From positions 1 to 36,956 of the forward strand of contig JANNKZ010000208.1 of NCBI GenBank assembly GCA_031396515.1: 36,956 nucleotides of DNA, written 5' to 3'. Every line of letters starts with the position of its first letter. Position 1 is the stretch's first letter. This DNA is from Gammaproteobacteria bacterium (GTDB lineage: Bacteria > Pseudomonadota > Gammaproteobacteria > Steroidobacterales > Steroidobacteraceae). Under the pieces are notes generated by a model. That model was given only the letters and a program-made list of their open reading frames with translations, did not search any database and was not told the origin of the DNA. Below, piece after piece: positions 25,443 through 34,356 of the stretch. The position numbers and the translations under genes are program-made.

Positions 25443-27929
25443 ATGAAAAGAATGCTCATCAACGCAACCCAGCAAGAGGAGTTGCGCGTCGCGCTGGTTG
25501 ACGGCCAGAAGCTGTACGACCTGTCGATCGACATCCCGTCCCGCGAACAGAAGAAAGGCAACGTCTACAAGGCGCGCGTCACGCGCGTCGAACCGAGCCT
25601 CGAAGCGGCTTTCGTCGAATATGGCGCTCAGCGCCAGGGTTTCCTGCCGCTGAAGGAAGTCGCGCGCGAATATTTCCGCTTCCAGCCGGCTCCCGGCGCC
25701 CGCTTCAACATCCGCGACGTGCTCCAGGAGGGACAGGAACTCCTCGTACAGGTCGAGAAGGAAGAACGCGGCAACAAGGGTGCGGCGCTCACGACCTTCA
25801 TCAGTCTGGCCGGGCGCTTCCTGGTGCTGATGCCGAACAATCCGCGCGCGGGCGGCGTCTCGCGTCGCATCGAGGGCGAGGAACGCGACGTCACGCGCGA
25901 TTCGCTCGAGCAGCTCCATGTGCCGGACGGCATGGGAACGATCGTGCGCACGGCCGGCGTCGGCCGCGCCCCCGAGGAACTGCAGTGGGACCTCGACACC
26001 CTGCGCGCCAACTGGGACGCGATCGTCACCGCGGCCAGCGAGCGGTCCGCGCCGTTCCTGGTCTACCAGGAAAGCGATGCGGTCACGCGGGCGCTGCGGG
26101 ACTATCTCTCGGACGACATCGGCGAGGTGCTGATCGACGAAGCCGGCTCCCACGGCCGTGCGCTCGAGTATGTGCAGCGCTTCCAGACGCCGGAGGCCCA
26201 GCGCCAGATCAAGCTGTACAGCGACGACGTGCCGCTGTTCACGCGCTACCAGATCGAGAGCCAGATCGAGTCCGCGTACTCGCACACGGTAACCCTGCCC
26301 TCCGGCGGCAGCATCGTGATCGACTATACCGAGGCGCTGGTCTCGATCGACATCAACTCGGCGCGCGCAACGCGCGGCGCCGACATCGAGACCACTGCCT
26401 ACAACACGAATCTCGAGGCCGCCGAGGAGATCGCACGGCAGCTCCGCATCCGCGACCTCGGTGGATTGATCGTCATCGACTTCATCGACATGGAATCGAA
26501 GAAGAACCAGCAGGGCGTCGAGGACCGGCTGCGCGACGCGGTCCGCTCGGACCGCGCCCGCATCCAGCTCGGGCGCATCTCGCGCTTCGGCCTGATGGAA
26601 ATGTCGCGCCAGCGCCTGCGCCCGTCGCTCGGCGAATCGACCCACCTCGCCTGCCCGCGCTGCAGCGGCATGGGCACGATCCGGAGTGTCGAGTCCATGG
26701 CGCTCGCCGTGCTGCGGCTGATCGGCGAAGAAGTCCGCAAGGAACGCACGACGCGGGTCGTTGCGCAGTTGCCGGTGGATGTCGCGACCTTCCTGATCAA
26801 CGAAAAGCGCGAGTGGCTTCATAACCTCGAAAGCCTGCGCGAGACCGACATCGTGCTGGTGCCCGACCCGAACATGGAGACCCCGAACTACTCGATCCGG
26901 CGCGTGCGGGACGATGAGGCGGGCCTTCCCGAGAACGCGGTGACGAGCTACCAGATGGTCGGCCAGGCGCCGGTCGAACTCGACTTCAAGTCGGCCTCCG
27001 ACCAGCGGCCGGCGGCGGCGCCCGCGGCGGTGCAGCCGATTGCGCCCGCGGCGCCACCTCCGCCGCACCCGGTTGCCGCCGAGCGCGAGCCGTCGATGCC
27101 CGGGTTGTGGACGCGGATCGTGCGTTTCTTCCGTGGCAGCGGCGATGCCGCCGGTGCCGATCGGGCCGAATCCGCGCGCAACACCCCGCGTGAAGAGCGT
27201 CCGGGCGGCCGTCAAAGCCGCGAGCACCGCGAGGAACGCGGCGGGCGCCATCATCATCGCGATCGCGGCCCGCGCCGCGACCGGGATGCCAGTCGCGACG
27301 GGAACCGGGATCGCGATCGCAACCGGAATCGCGACCGTGACCGCAATCGTGACCGGCATCGCGAGCCGGACCGTGACCAGCAGGCCGATCGCGACCGCGC
27401 GGACCACGCACGCGACGACGCGCCGCGGCACCGTGATCGGCCGCAACACGGCCAGTCGCAGCAACAGCAGCCGCAGCAGCAGCAGCAGCAGCCGTCGCAA
27501 GGCCAGCTGCCGCCCCCGCAAACCGGGTCAGACGCGATGGGCAGCGAAGGCGACTCACAGCGCCGCCGGCGCCGACGCCGCGGCCGCGGCGGCCGTGGCC
27601 GCGATCGTGATCAACGCGATGGCCGGCAGGATTCGCCGGGCGGCAACGATGTGCCGATGAACGGGCCGGGCAATGGCAATGCGCCGGCCCGCGATGCCTC
27701 GGCGTCCGCGTCTTCACTGCCGCCGCAGCGCGAAGCCGACACGGCGCCGCAGGCCTACCAGCCGCCGGCGTACGAACCACCGGCCTACGAGCCGCCTGCG
27801 TACCAGCCGCCCGCGCCGTCAGCGCCCCAGGGCGATGCCTCTCCCGGCCAACCGGCCAAGCCGGCTCAGACCTATACGGTCTGGTCGTCGACGCCGGGCG
27901 ACGGGCAGCCCTTCGACCCGAAGGAGTAG
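25443..27929 (+). CDS. rne: ribonuclease E
   Basis: MKRMLINATQQEELRVALVDGQKLYDLSIDIPSREQKKGNVYKARVTRVEPSLEAAFVEYG (S1 domain), the catalytic core through the CPRCSGMGTIRS Zn-link, then a low-complexity Arg-rich C-terminal half. Start is ATG 25443, inside ORF 25398..27929. Confidence 0.96.
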   Translation: MKRMLINATQQEELRVALVDGQKLYDLSIDIPSREQKKGNVYKARVTRVEPSLEAAFVEYGAQRQGFLPLKEVAREYFRFQPAPGARFNIRDVLQEGQELLVQVEKEERGNKGAALTTFISLAGRFLVLMPNNPRAGGVSRRIEGEERDVTRDSLEQLHVPDGMGTIVRTAGVGRAPEELQWDLDTLRANWDAIVTAASERSAPFLVYQESDAVTRALRDYLSDDIGEVLIDEAGSHGRALEYVQRFQTPEAQRQIKLYSDDVPLFTRYQIESQIESAYSHTVTLPSGGSIVIDYTEALVSIDINSARATRGADIETTAYNTNLEAAEEIARQLRIRDLGGLIVIDFIDMESKKNQQGVEDRLRDAVRSDRARIQLGRISRFGLMEMSRQRLRPSLGESTHLACPRCSGMGTIRSVESMALAVLRLIGEEVRKERTTRVVAQLPVDVATFLINEKREWLHNLESLRETDIVLVPDPNMETPNYSIRRVRDDEAGLPENAVTSYQMVGQAPVELDFKSASDQRPAAAPAAVQPIAPAAPPPPHPVAAEREPSMPGLWTRIVRFFRGSGDAAGADRAESARNTPREERPGGRQSREHREERGGRHHHRDRGPRRDRDASRDGNRDRDRNRNRDRDRNRDRHREPDRDQQADRDRADHARDDAPRHRDRPQHGQSQQQQPQQQQQQPSQGQLPPPQTGSDAMGSEGDSQRRRRRRRGRGGRGRDRDQRDGRQDSPGGNDVPMNGPGNGNAPARDASASASSLPPQREADTAPQAYQPPAYEPPAYEPPAYQPPAPSAPQGDASPGQPAKPAQTYTVWSSTPGDGQPFDPKE
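27249..27521 (+). repeat. coding low-complexity tract in the rne C-terminal domain (Arg-Asp/Arg-Asn dipeptide repeats followed by a Gln run)
   Basis: It encodes HHHRDRGPRRDRDASRDGNRDRDRNRNRDRDRNRDRHREPDRDQQADRDRADHARDD...QSQQQQPQQQQQQPSQGQ. The DNA is built from degenerate cgc-gac / cgg-gat / cgc-aac hexamers and cag repeats. Confidence 0.9.
27753..27812 (+). repeat. four tandem 15-bp coding repeats (AYQPP-AYEPP-AYEPP-AYQPP) near the rne 3' end
   Basis: The DNA reads gcctaccagccgccg gcgtacgaaccaccg gcctacgagccgcct gcgtaccagccgccc. The coordinates are derived from the reading frame. Confidence 0.9.
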
Positions 27930-27930
27930 C

Positions 27931-28404
27931 TCAGGCGCGGTTGGCGAGCGCGGCCAGCAAGCCGCGCGCGCCGGCCTCCACGAGGTCGAGCTCGTCCTCG
28001 AAGCCCGCCGGTCCGCCGGAATAGGGATCGGGCACCTCGCGCCGGCCGAGTTCCGGCGCGAATTCGAGGAACAGCCTGACACGGTCGCGTTGCGCAACCG
28101 GTGCGACTTCCAGCAACTGACAGTAGACCTGCTCGTCCATCGCGAGCAACAGGTCGTAGTGCTGGAAATCGCCGGCAGTCACCTTGCGCGCGCGCAGGCC
28201 GCGCATGTCGATGCCGCGCCGCGCTGCCGCCGCGACTGCGCGCGCATCGGGGGCGCTGCCGGCGTGCCAGGCATGCGTGCCGGCGGAATCCGCGTCGATG
28301 CGCAGTTTGCCGGCATCCCGCTTCACCAGATCACGGAACACGGCCTCGGCAGTCGGCGAGCGGCAGATGTTGCCGAGGCAGACGAACAGCACCCGCTGTT
28401 TCAT
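27931..28404 (-). CDS. ptpA: low-molecular-weight protein-tyrosine phosphatase
   Basis: MKQRVLFVCLGNICRSPTAEAVF carries the C-X5-R-S P-loop, and the DPY motif (EVPDPYSG) is present. Length is 157 aa. The ATG overlaps the upstream gene's stop (ATGA). It holds the same position relative to kdsB and rne as P. aeruginosa ptpA. Confidence 0.9.
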   Translation of the reverse strand: MKQRVLFVCLGNICRSPTAEAVFRDLVKRDAGKLRIDADSAGTHAWHAGSAPDARAVAAAARRGIDMRGLRARKVTAGDFQHYDLLLAMDEQVYCQLLEVAPVAQRDRVRLFLEFAPELGRREVPDPYSGGPAGFEDELDLVEAGARGLLAALANRA

Positions 28405-29546
28405 GCGCGCCGGCGCTCGCGCAACCAGCCGTCCAGGATCTCGATCGCGCGCGCCGTTTCCGCCGTCGATACGGCAAATGAGATCCGGATGAATCGGCCG
28501 CCGTGCACGCCGTCGAAATCGCGTCCCGTGTTCAGCGCCAGTCCGGTCGAATCGAGCAGGTCGCGGCACCATTGCAGCGAATCGCGGGTCAGGTGACCGA
28601 CGTCCGCGTACAGGTAGAACGCGCCGTCGGCCGGGGCGATGCGTCCGATTCCGAGGCCCGCCAACGCGTCCATCAGAAGCGTGCGATTGACGGCGTAGGT
28701 CGCCACATGCCGGTCGAGCTCCTCGACTTCGTCCATCGCGGCAAGCGCAATGTGTTGCGACAGCGTCGGCGGGCACAGGAACAGGTTGCCGGAGAAGCGG
28801 CGCAGCAACTCGACCTGCGCCGGCGGCGCGACGCACCAGCCGAGGCGCCAGCCGGTCATGCACCAGTACTTGGAAAACGTATTCACGACGATCGCTTCCG
28901 GATCCGCCTCCAGCATGGAATGCGCCGGCTTGCCGAAGGTGATGCCATGATAAGTTTCATCGGACAGGATACGGATGCCGCGCGCGCGGCAGACCGCCGC
29001 GATCGATTGCTGTTCGGCCGGATCCAGCATCGTGCCGGTGGGATTCGACGGGCTCGTGAGGATCAGCGCCGCAGGCGCAGGATCGAGCGCCGCCACCATT
29101 GCGGCGGTCGGCTGGAAGCGCGTGTCCGCGCCGCAGTCGAGTTCCACCGGTTCGAGACCGAGCGCATGCAATACGTTGCGATGGGCCGGATAGCCCGGCC
29201 GCGGCAGGGCCACGCGCGCATCGCGCCGGAAGAGCGTCGACAGCGCGAGTACGATCGCGGCCGATGCGCCCATCGTCAGCACAATGCGCTCGGGGTCCAC
29301 GGTCAGGCCATGGCGTTCGCGATAATGACCGGCGATACGTTCTGCGAGCGCCCCGCTCTCCCAGTAGCCCTGCGGCAGCTCCGCGAGCGCCCGGTGGCCG
29401 ACCTCCACCGCGCGGCGCGGCGCGCCAGCCGAGGGCTGGCCGACCTCCATGTGGATCACCGGCAGGCCGCGGCGCTCGCGCTCGTTCGCGATGCGGTTCA
29501 GTTCGACCGCGTAAAACGGCGCGACGCGCGAGGCCGCGTGATTCAC
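28401..29546 (-). CDS. pyridoxal-phosphate-dependent aminotransferase, class I/II fold
   Basis: 381 aa with SPSNPTG, DETY and the Lys motif NTFSKYWCMTGWRLGW, typical of fold-type I aminotransferases. Substrate cannot be inferred. Its GTG start overlaps the kdsB stop (GTGA). Confidence 0.85.
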   Translation of the reverse strand: MNHAASRVAPFYAVELNRIANERERRGLPVIHMEVGQPSAGAPRRAVEVGHRALAELPQGYWESGALAERIAGHYRERHGLTVDPERIVLTMGASAAIVLALSTLFRRDARVALPRPGYPAHRNVLHALGLEPVELDCGADTRFQPTAAMVAALDPAPAALILTSPSNPTGTMLDPAEQQSIAAVCRARGIRILSDETYHGITFGKPAHSMLEADPEAIVVNTFSKYWCMTGWRLGWCVAPPAQVELLRRFSGNLFLCPPTLSQHIALAAMDEVEELDRHVATYAVNRTLLMDALAGLGIGRIAPADGAFYLYADVGHLTRDSLQWCRDLLDSTGLALNTGRDFDGVHGGRFIRISFAVSTAETARAIEILDGWLRERRRA

Positions 29547-30292
29547 CGGCGCGCCGTCACTTGCATCAACCGCTCGGCGCGCTCGAGATCCGCGGGCGTG
29601 TCGATTCCCGGGCCCGGCGCCTCGCAGGCATCGGCGACCGCGATGACAAGCCCCATCTGCAGCGCTCGCAACTGCTCGAGGCGTTCCACTTGCTCGAGCG
29701 GCGACGGCGGCGCCTGCGACAGTCGCCGGAGCGCATCAATCCGATAGGCATAGATGCCGAGGTGACGCCGCGCAGAGCCCGGCTGCGGCGCGGCGCCGTC
29801 GCGTTCCCAGGGAATCGGCGCGCGGCTGAAATAAAGCGCGCGTCCATCGCCCGAGGTCACCACTTTCACCACGTTCGGATCGCGGTATTCCTCGGCCGTC
29901 GCGATCGGCGTCGCGAGCGTCGCCAGCGCGGCGCCGCGGTCCGTCTCCAGCAGGCCGGCGGCCTGGGCGATCAGCGCCGGCGGCAGCAGCGGTTCGTCGC
30001 CCTGCACATTGACGACAACTGAGTCCGGCGCCCAACCGCGCCGCGCCGCGACCTCGGCGATGCGGTCGGTACCGGAAGGATGCGATGCATCGGTCATCTC
30101 GACGTCGGCCCCGGCGCGCGCGCAGGCGTCACGGATCCGCGCGTCGTCGGTCGCGACCACGACTTCCCGGGCGCCGGAGCGGAGCGCGAGGCCGTGGACA
30201 TGCAGGACGATCGGCGTGCCGGCGAGGAGCGCCAGCGGCTTGCCCGGGAACCGCGTGGAGGCAAAACGTGCAGGGACGACGACGCGAAACAT
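29543..30292 (-). CDS. kdsB: 3-deoxy-manno-octulosonate cytidylyltransferase (CMP-Kdo synthetase)
   Basis: MFRVVVPARFASTRFPGKPLALLAGTPIVLHV...ATDDARI...NVQGDEPLLPP...HLGIYAYR is typical of KdsB. Start is ATG 30292 (249 aa), which overlaps the ycaR stop by 1 nt. Confidence 0.93.
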   Translation of the reverse strand: MFRVVVPARFASTRFPGKPLALLAGTPIVLHVHGLALRSGAREVVVATDDARIRDACARAGADVEMTDASHPSGTDRIAEVAARRGWAPDSVVVNVQGDEPLLPPALIAQAAGLLETDRGAALATLATPIATAEEYRDPNVVKVVTSGDGRALYFSRAPIPWERDGAAPQPGSARRHLGIYAYRIDALRRLSQAPPSPLEQVERLEQLRALQMGLVIAVADACEAPGPGIDTPADLERAERLMQVTARR

Positions 30293-30483
30293 CAACGGCC
30301 GGCGAGCGCCGGATCGTCCGGCGCGAGCGGACGCGCTTCGTCCGGGAGCATGACCGGAATGCCGTCGTGGACCGGGTAAGCAAGCCGGTCGGCCCGGCAC
30401 AGGTATTCGCCGGATTCGCGCAGCCACTGCAGTGGGCCCTTGCAGACCGGGCAGGCCAGGATGTCGGTCAGGCGTTCGCTCAT
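30292..30483 (-). CDS. ycaR: Trm112/YcaR family small protein (UPF0434)
   Basis: The 63-aa MSERLTDILACPVCKGPLQWLRESGEYLCRADRLAYPVHDGIPVMLPDEARPL matches the YcaR pattern. It lies between lpxK and kdsB, as in E. coli and Pseudomonas. Confidence 0.88.
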   Translation of the reverse strand: MSERLTDILACPVCKGPLQWLRESGEYLCRADRLAYPVHDGIPVMLPDEARPLAPDDPALAGR

Positions 30484-31496
30484 GTCGGTGGCGCTCCTTG
30501 CAGGCGTGCCGCGGCGGTGGTCGCCACGCGCTCGATCAGCCGTGCCGCCGCCGCGCCCTCGATCCGGGCTTCGACCGCGACGTACCAGGCGTCCTGCCAA
30601 CCGGCACCCGTGCATTTTACGGCATCTTTCTCGGTCATCAGGACCGGCCGCCCCTTGCCGGCGCCCACCGCTTCCGGCGTCGGCGTCGCGTGATCGCGCA
30701 GTGGCCGCTCCTCCACCGCAAGGCCGGCGGCGCGCAACAGCTCGAAGAACCGTTTCGGATGGCCGATGGCTGCCACGCCGATGACCGCGTGCCCGGAAAA
30801 GTCGGCGAGCGGGCGGCGCTTCATTCCGTCGAGCGAGACGACCTCCAGAGGCACGAGTCTCATGGTGATCGAGTCAGGCCACTCGAACCCGGGCCCGTTC
30901 ACGACTACGGCATCGACCGTTTTCAGGCGCGCCGGATGCTCCCGCAACGGGCCCGCCGGCAGCAGCAGGCCGTTACCGAAGCCGCGCACCCCATCGATGA
31001 CCGCGATCTCGATGTCCGGCACGAGCCCCGGGTGCTGCAATCCGTCATCGCACAGGATGACCTCGCTGTGCCGTTCGAGCAGGCGCACGGCCTGCGCGCG
31101 ATCGGCGCCGACGACGACGGGCAGGTCGAGCCTGCGCCTCAGCATGCGGGCCTCGTCGCCGACCGTGGCGGCATCGTCCTTCAGACTGACCCGTCGGGCA
31201 CTGTCGTCCGCCACGCGGTAGCCGCGCGACGCAATGCCGACGCGCAGGCCGCGCGCGCGCAGCGCCTCGGCGAGCCAGATCACGAAGGGCGTCTTGCCGG
31301 TGCCGCCAACCGTCAGGTTGCCGACGACGACGACCAGGCGGCGCGAGTGATAGGCCTCGAGCCAGCCGCGGCGATAGACCGCCTGGCGTAGCGAGGCCAG
31401 CGCCTGGTACAGCCAGGCGAACGGCAACAGCCAGCGTCCGCGGCGAGTGTCGCCGTACCAGGTCTCGAGCAGCCAGTCGTGCAGCCATGCGCCCAT
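30480..31496 (-). CDS. lpxK: tetraacyldisaccharide 4'-kinase
   Basis: WY.....LLPFAWLYQALASLRQAVYRRG and the P-loop VVVVGNLTVGGTGKTPFVIWLAEAL are typical of LpxK. It lies downstream of msbA. Confidence 0.93.
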   Translation of the reverse strand: MGAWLHDWLLETWYGDTRRGRWLLPFAWLYQALASLRQAVYRRGWLEAYHSRRLVVVVGNLTVGGTGKTPFVIWLAEALRARGLRVGIASRGYRVADDSARRVSLKDDAATVGDEARMLRRRLDLPVVVGADRAQAVRLLERHSEVILCDDGLQHPGLVPDIEIAVIDGVRGFGNGLLLPAGPLREHPARLKTVDAVVVNGPGFEWPDSITMRLVPLEVVSLDGMKRRPLADFSGHAVIGVAAIGHPKRFFELLRAAGLAVEERPLRDHATPTPEAVGAGKGRPVLMTEKDAVKCTGAGWQDAWYVAVEARIEGAAAARLIERVATTAAARLQGAPPT

Positions 31497-31498
31497 GG

Positions 31499-33268
31499 TC
31501 AGACGTTGAACTGCATCCGGTGCAGCGCCGCGTAGACGCCGCCCTGGATCAGCAGTGCCGCGTGCGTACCGGATTCCACGATGCGGCCGTCATCCAGCAC
31601 GATGATCCGGTCGGCGCGCTCGATGGTGGACAGGCGATGCGCGATCACGAGCGTGGTGCGGTCGCGCAGCAGTTCCGCGAGGGCCGACTGTACGGCGTTC
31701 GAGGATTCGGAATCGAGCGCCGAAGTCGCCTCGTCGAGGATCAGGATCGGCGCATTCTTGAGCAGTGCGCGCGCGATCGCGACGCGTTGCCGTTGGCCGC
31801 CCGACAGGAGCGTGCCGCGTTCCCCGATGCGGGTGTCGAGCCCCTCCGGCAGCGCGCGCGCGAAATCGAGGACATACGCCGCAGCGGCCGCCGCCTCGAC
31901 CGCCTGCTGGTCCGCCTGCGGCGCGCTGAAAGCGATGTTGGCCCGGATCGAATCGTCGATCAGCATGACGTCCTGGCTCACGAGGCTGATCTGCCGGCGC
32001 AGGTCGCCCAGCCGGTATTGCCTCAGGTCGAAGCCGTCGAGTTCCACGCTGCCGGATTCGGGATCGTGGAAGCGTGGCAGCAGGCCGATCAGCGTCGATT
32101 TGCCGCTGCCGGAACGCCCGACGAACGCCACCGTCTCGCCCGGGGCGATCGCGAAGTCGATATTGCGCAGCACCTCGCCCTTGTCGGCGTCGTAAGAGAA
32201 GCTGACATCGCGGAATGCGATCGCGCCCTGTGCCCGGCCGATCACACGCGTCCCGCCCTGGTCCTCCGCTGCCGTGTCCAGGATCTCGAACACGCTCTGG
32301 CCGGCGGCGATGCCCTGCTGCAACGGGCCGACCAGGCTGACGAGGCGGCGCAACGGTGCCGTGATCAGGAGCAGCGCTGTCAGGAACGACGTGAATTCCC
32401 CGACCGTCAGACCCTTCGACATCACGTCGCGGATCGCCACGTACATGACGGCGGCGAGGCCGAAGGCCGCGAGCATCTGCACGACCGGATTCGACACGGC
32501 CTTCACCGTCACGAGCTTCATGAAGCTGGCGCGGTTGTGCTCGTTGACACGCTCGAAGGATTCCAGTTGCTGCCGTTCCGCGTTGAATACCTTGATCATG
32601 CGCTGGCTTTCCAGCGATTCCTTCGCGACCCGTGTGACGTCGCCCATCGACGACTGGATACGCGTGCTGTAGCGCCGGAACAGCCGGCTGGTCACGCGGA
32701 TCAGCCCGATGATCAGCGGCGAGACCAGGAGCGCGAATACCGTGAGGCGCCAGTTGAGCCACAGCAGCCAGCTGAGCAGTCCCGCGATCGTCAGCGTGTC
32801 GCGGATCATCGAAGTGATCGCCGTGGTCGCGGCCTCGGCGACGAGTTCGATGTTGTAGGTGAGCCGCGACAGCAGCTGCGCGACGCCGTTCCGGTCGAAG
32901 AACGCGGTCGGCAGCTCGAGATAACGCGCGAACAAATCGTGGCGGATCGCCTTGATCACGTGACGGCCGACCCAGCCGGGCGCATAGACCGACAGGTAGT
33001 CGCCGATGCCGCGCGCGGCGAACAGCACGACGATGCCGGCCGGCACCAGCACGAGCACGTCCGAGTTGCGTTCCACGAACGCGCCGTCGAGGAACTGTTT
33101 GACCAGCCAGGCAAGGCCGGTGTCGACAGCAGCAAACAGCACCATGCCGACCACGCCGAGCAGGAACATCGCCCAGTGCGGCCGCGCATAGCCGAGCAGC
33201 CGGAGGTAGATCCGCATCCCGCTCGCGGTCAGCGGCGCCAGGTTCGCATCAATCTTCCGCTTGATCAT
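31499..33268 (-). CDS. msbA: lipid A export ABC transporter permease/ATPase MsbA
   Basis: Six-TM ABC exporter domain followed by an NBD with Walker A GRSGSGKSTLIGLL, signature LSGGQRQRVAIARAL and Walker B ILILDEATSALD. Synteny with lpxK supports the call. ATG 33268 overlaps the exbD 3' end by 20 nt; the alternative ATG 33217 would not. Confidence 0.92.
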   Translation of the reverse strand: MIKRKIDANLAPLTASGMRIYLRLLGYARPHWAMFLLGVVGMVLFAAVDTGLAWLVKQFLDGAFVERNSDVLVLVPAGIVVLFAARGIGDYLSVYAPGWVGRHVIKAIRHDLFARYLELPTAFFDRNGVAQLLSRLTYNIELVAEAATTAITSMIRDTLTIAGLLSWLLWLNWRLTVFALLVSPLIIGLIRVTSRLFRRYSTRIQSSMGDVTRVAKESLESQRMIKVFNAERQQLESFERVNEHNRASFMKLVTVKAVSNPVVQMLAAFGLAAVMYVAIRDVMSKGLTVGEFTSFLTALLLITAPLRRLVSLVGPLQQGIAAGQSVFEILDTAAEDQGGTRVIGRAQGAIAFRDVSFSYDADKGEVLRNIDFAIAPGETVAFVGRSGSGKSTLIGLLPRFHDPESGSVELDGFDLRQYRLGDLRRQISLVSQDVMLIDDSIRANIAFSAPQADQQAVEAAAAAAYVLDFARALPEGLDTRIGERGTLLSGGQRQRVAIARALLKNAPILILDEATSALDSESSNAVQSALAELLRDRTTLVIAHRLSTIERADRIIVLDDGRIVESGTHAALLIQGGVYAALHRMQFNV

Positions 33269-33671
33269 TGACCGTCGCGATGTTGACTTGCGTGAAGCCG
33301 AGCCGGGCCGCGACGTCCATCGCAGTGACGACCGACTGGTGGGTCGCGCGCGCGTCGGCGCGAATCGTGATCGGCTGGGAGCCCGTGCCGCGCGCCGCGC
33401 GGCGCAGGGCGGTCGCCAGAGTCTCCCGGAGGTTGTTCACCAGGGCCTGCTCGTTGACGCGGTAACTGCCCTGCGCGGTGACCGTGATGATGACCGGATC
33501 GGCGGAGCGCGCGGCGCTCGCCGTTCCCGCCTGCGGCAGCTCGATTCGCAGCCGCGCGTCCTGCACGAAAGTCGTCGACACCATGAAAAAAATCACGAGC
33601 AGGAGCACGACGTCGATCAGGGACGTCAGGTTCAGCTCGGGGTCTTCAGGTCGCCGGCTCTGCAGCCTCAT
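33249..33671 (-). CDS. exbD: ExbD/TolR family biopolymer transport protein
   Basis: 140 aa with ELNLTSLIDVVLLLVIFFMVSTTF (TM segment with the conserved Asp) and a periplasmic domain ...ITIRADARATHQSVVTAMDVAARLGF. It has an ATGA overlap with the upstream exbB-like gene. Confidence 0.88.
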   Translation of the reverse strand: MRLQSRRPEDPELNLTSLIDVVLLLVIFFMVSTTFVQDARLRIELPQAGTASAARSADPVIITVTAQGSYRVNEQALVNNLRETLATALRRAARGTGSQPITIRADARATHQSVVTAMDVAARLGFTQVNIATVNDQAED

Positions 33672-34312
33672 GAAGCCGCTTCGCGCCGCCGTGACACGGG
33701 CGCCTGCACCGTCATCTGGTCGAAGGCCTGCACCAGTTTCATGGCCTCCTTTTCCATCTCGACCACCAGGAAATCCACGACGCCGCGCAGGTAGCGATAG
33801 CCGAGCAGCGCCGGGATGGCGACCATCAGGCCCGCCGCAGTGGTGATCAGCGCCTCGCCGATGCCGCCCGACAGCATGCGCGGATCGCCGACGCCCTGCG
33901 AGGTGATGGCCTCGAAGGCCTGGATCATGCCGACCACGGTACCGAGCAATCCCAGCAGCGGTGAGATCGCCGCGATGGTGCCGAGCGGATTCAGGAATCG
34001 TTCAAGCTCGTGCACCACGTGGCGGCCGGTGTCCTCAATGGCCTCCTTCATGATGTCGCGGCCCTTGCTGTGATTCGCGAGGCCGGCCGCGAGTACGCGC
34101 CCAAGCGGCGAGTTGCGGGCCAGCGCCTCGATGTGCCGCTCGTTGAGCGAGCGTGATTCGACCAGCTTCCAGACGCGTTCGGTCAGCTCGCGCGGAATCA
34201 CGCGCTTGCGCTGAAGCGTCCAGAGGCGCTCGAGGACGATCGCGGCGGCGACGACCGAGCACAACATGATCGGCCACATGACCGGGCCGCCGGCAATGAT
34301 GATTTCCCACAT
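33668..34312 (-). CDS. exbB: MotA/TolQ/ExbB family proton-channel protein
   Basis: MWEIIIAGGPVMWPIMLCSVVAAAIVLERLW and the C-terminal LGLLGTVVGMIQAF...IGEALITTAAGLMVAIPALLGY are typical of the family. Start is ATG 34312 (214 aa). Confidence 0.88.
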   Translation of the reverse strand: MWEIIIAGGPVMWPIMLCSVVAAAIVLERLWTLQRKRVIPRELTERVWKLVESRSLNERHIEALARNSPLGRVLAAGLANHSKGRDIMKEAIEDTGRHVVHELERFLNPLGTIAAISPLLGLLGTVVGMIQAFEAITSQGVGDPRMLSGGIGEALITTAAGLMVAIPALLGYRYLRGVVDFLVVEMEKEAMKLVQAFDQMTVQAPVSRRREAAS

Positions 34313-34356
34313 GGCGCGGCATGATACCGTGCGGGCGCGCTGCCTGTCCGCGCGGC

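Noticed and set aside
25218-27521. 767-aa minus-strand ORF
   Set aside because: It is antisense to rne. Its repetitive LLLLRLLLL and Arg-rich text simply mirrors the rne low-complexity tract.
27249-27812. Short tandem repeats that might suggest a CRISPR-like or VNTR locus
   Set aside because: The periods are 6 and 15 bp, all in frame within rne, with no spacer-repeat architecture. They are coding low-complexity repeats, not CRISPR.
31487-33271. 594-aa plus-strand ORF (and the 390-aa minus-strand alternative frame 31590..32762)
   Set aside because: These are antisense to or out of frame with msbA, which carries unambiguous ABC motifs.
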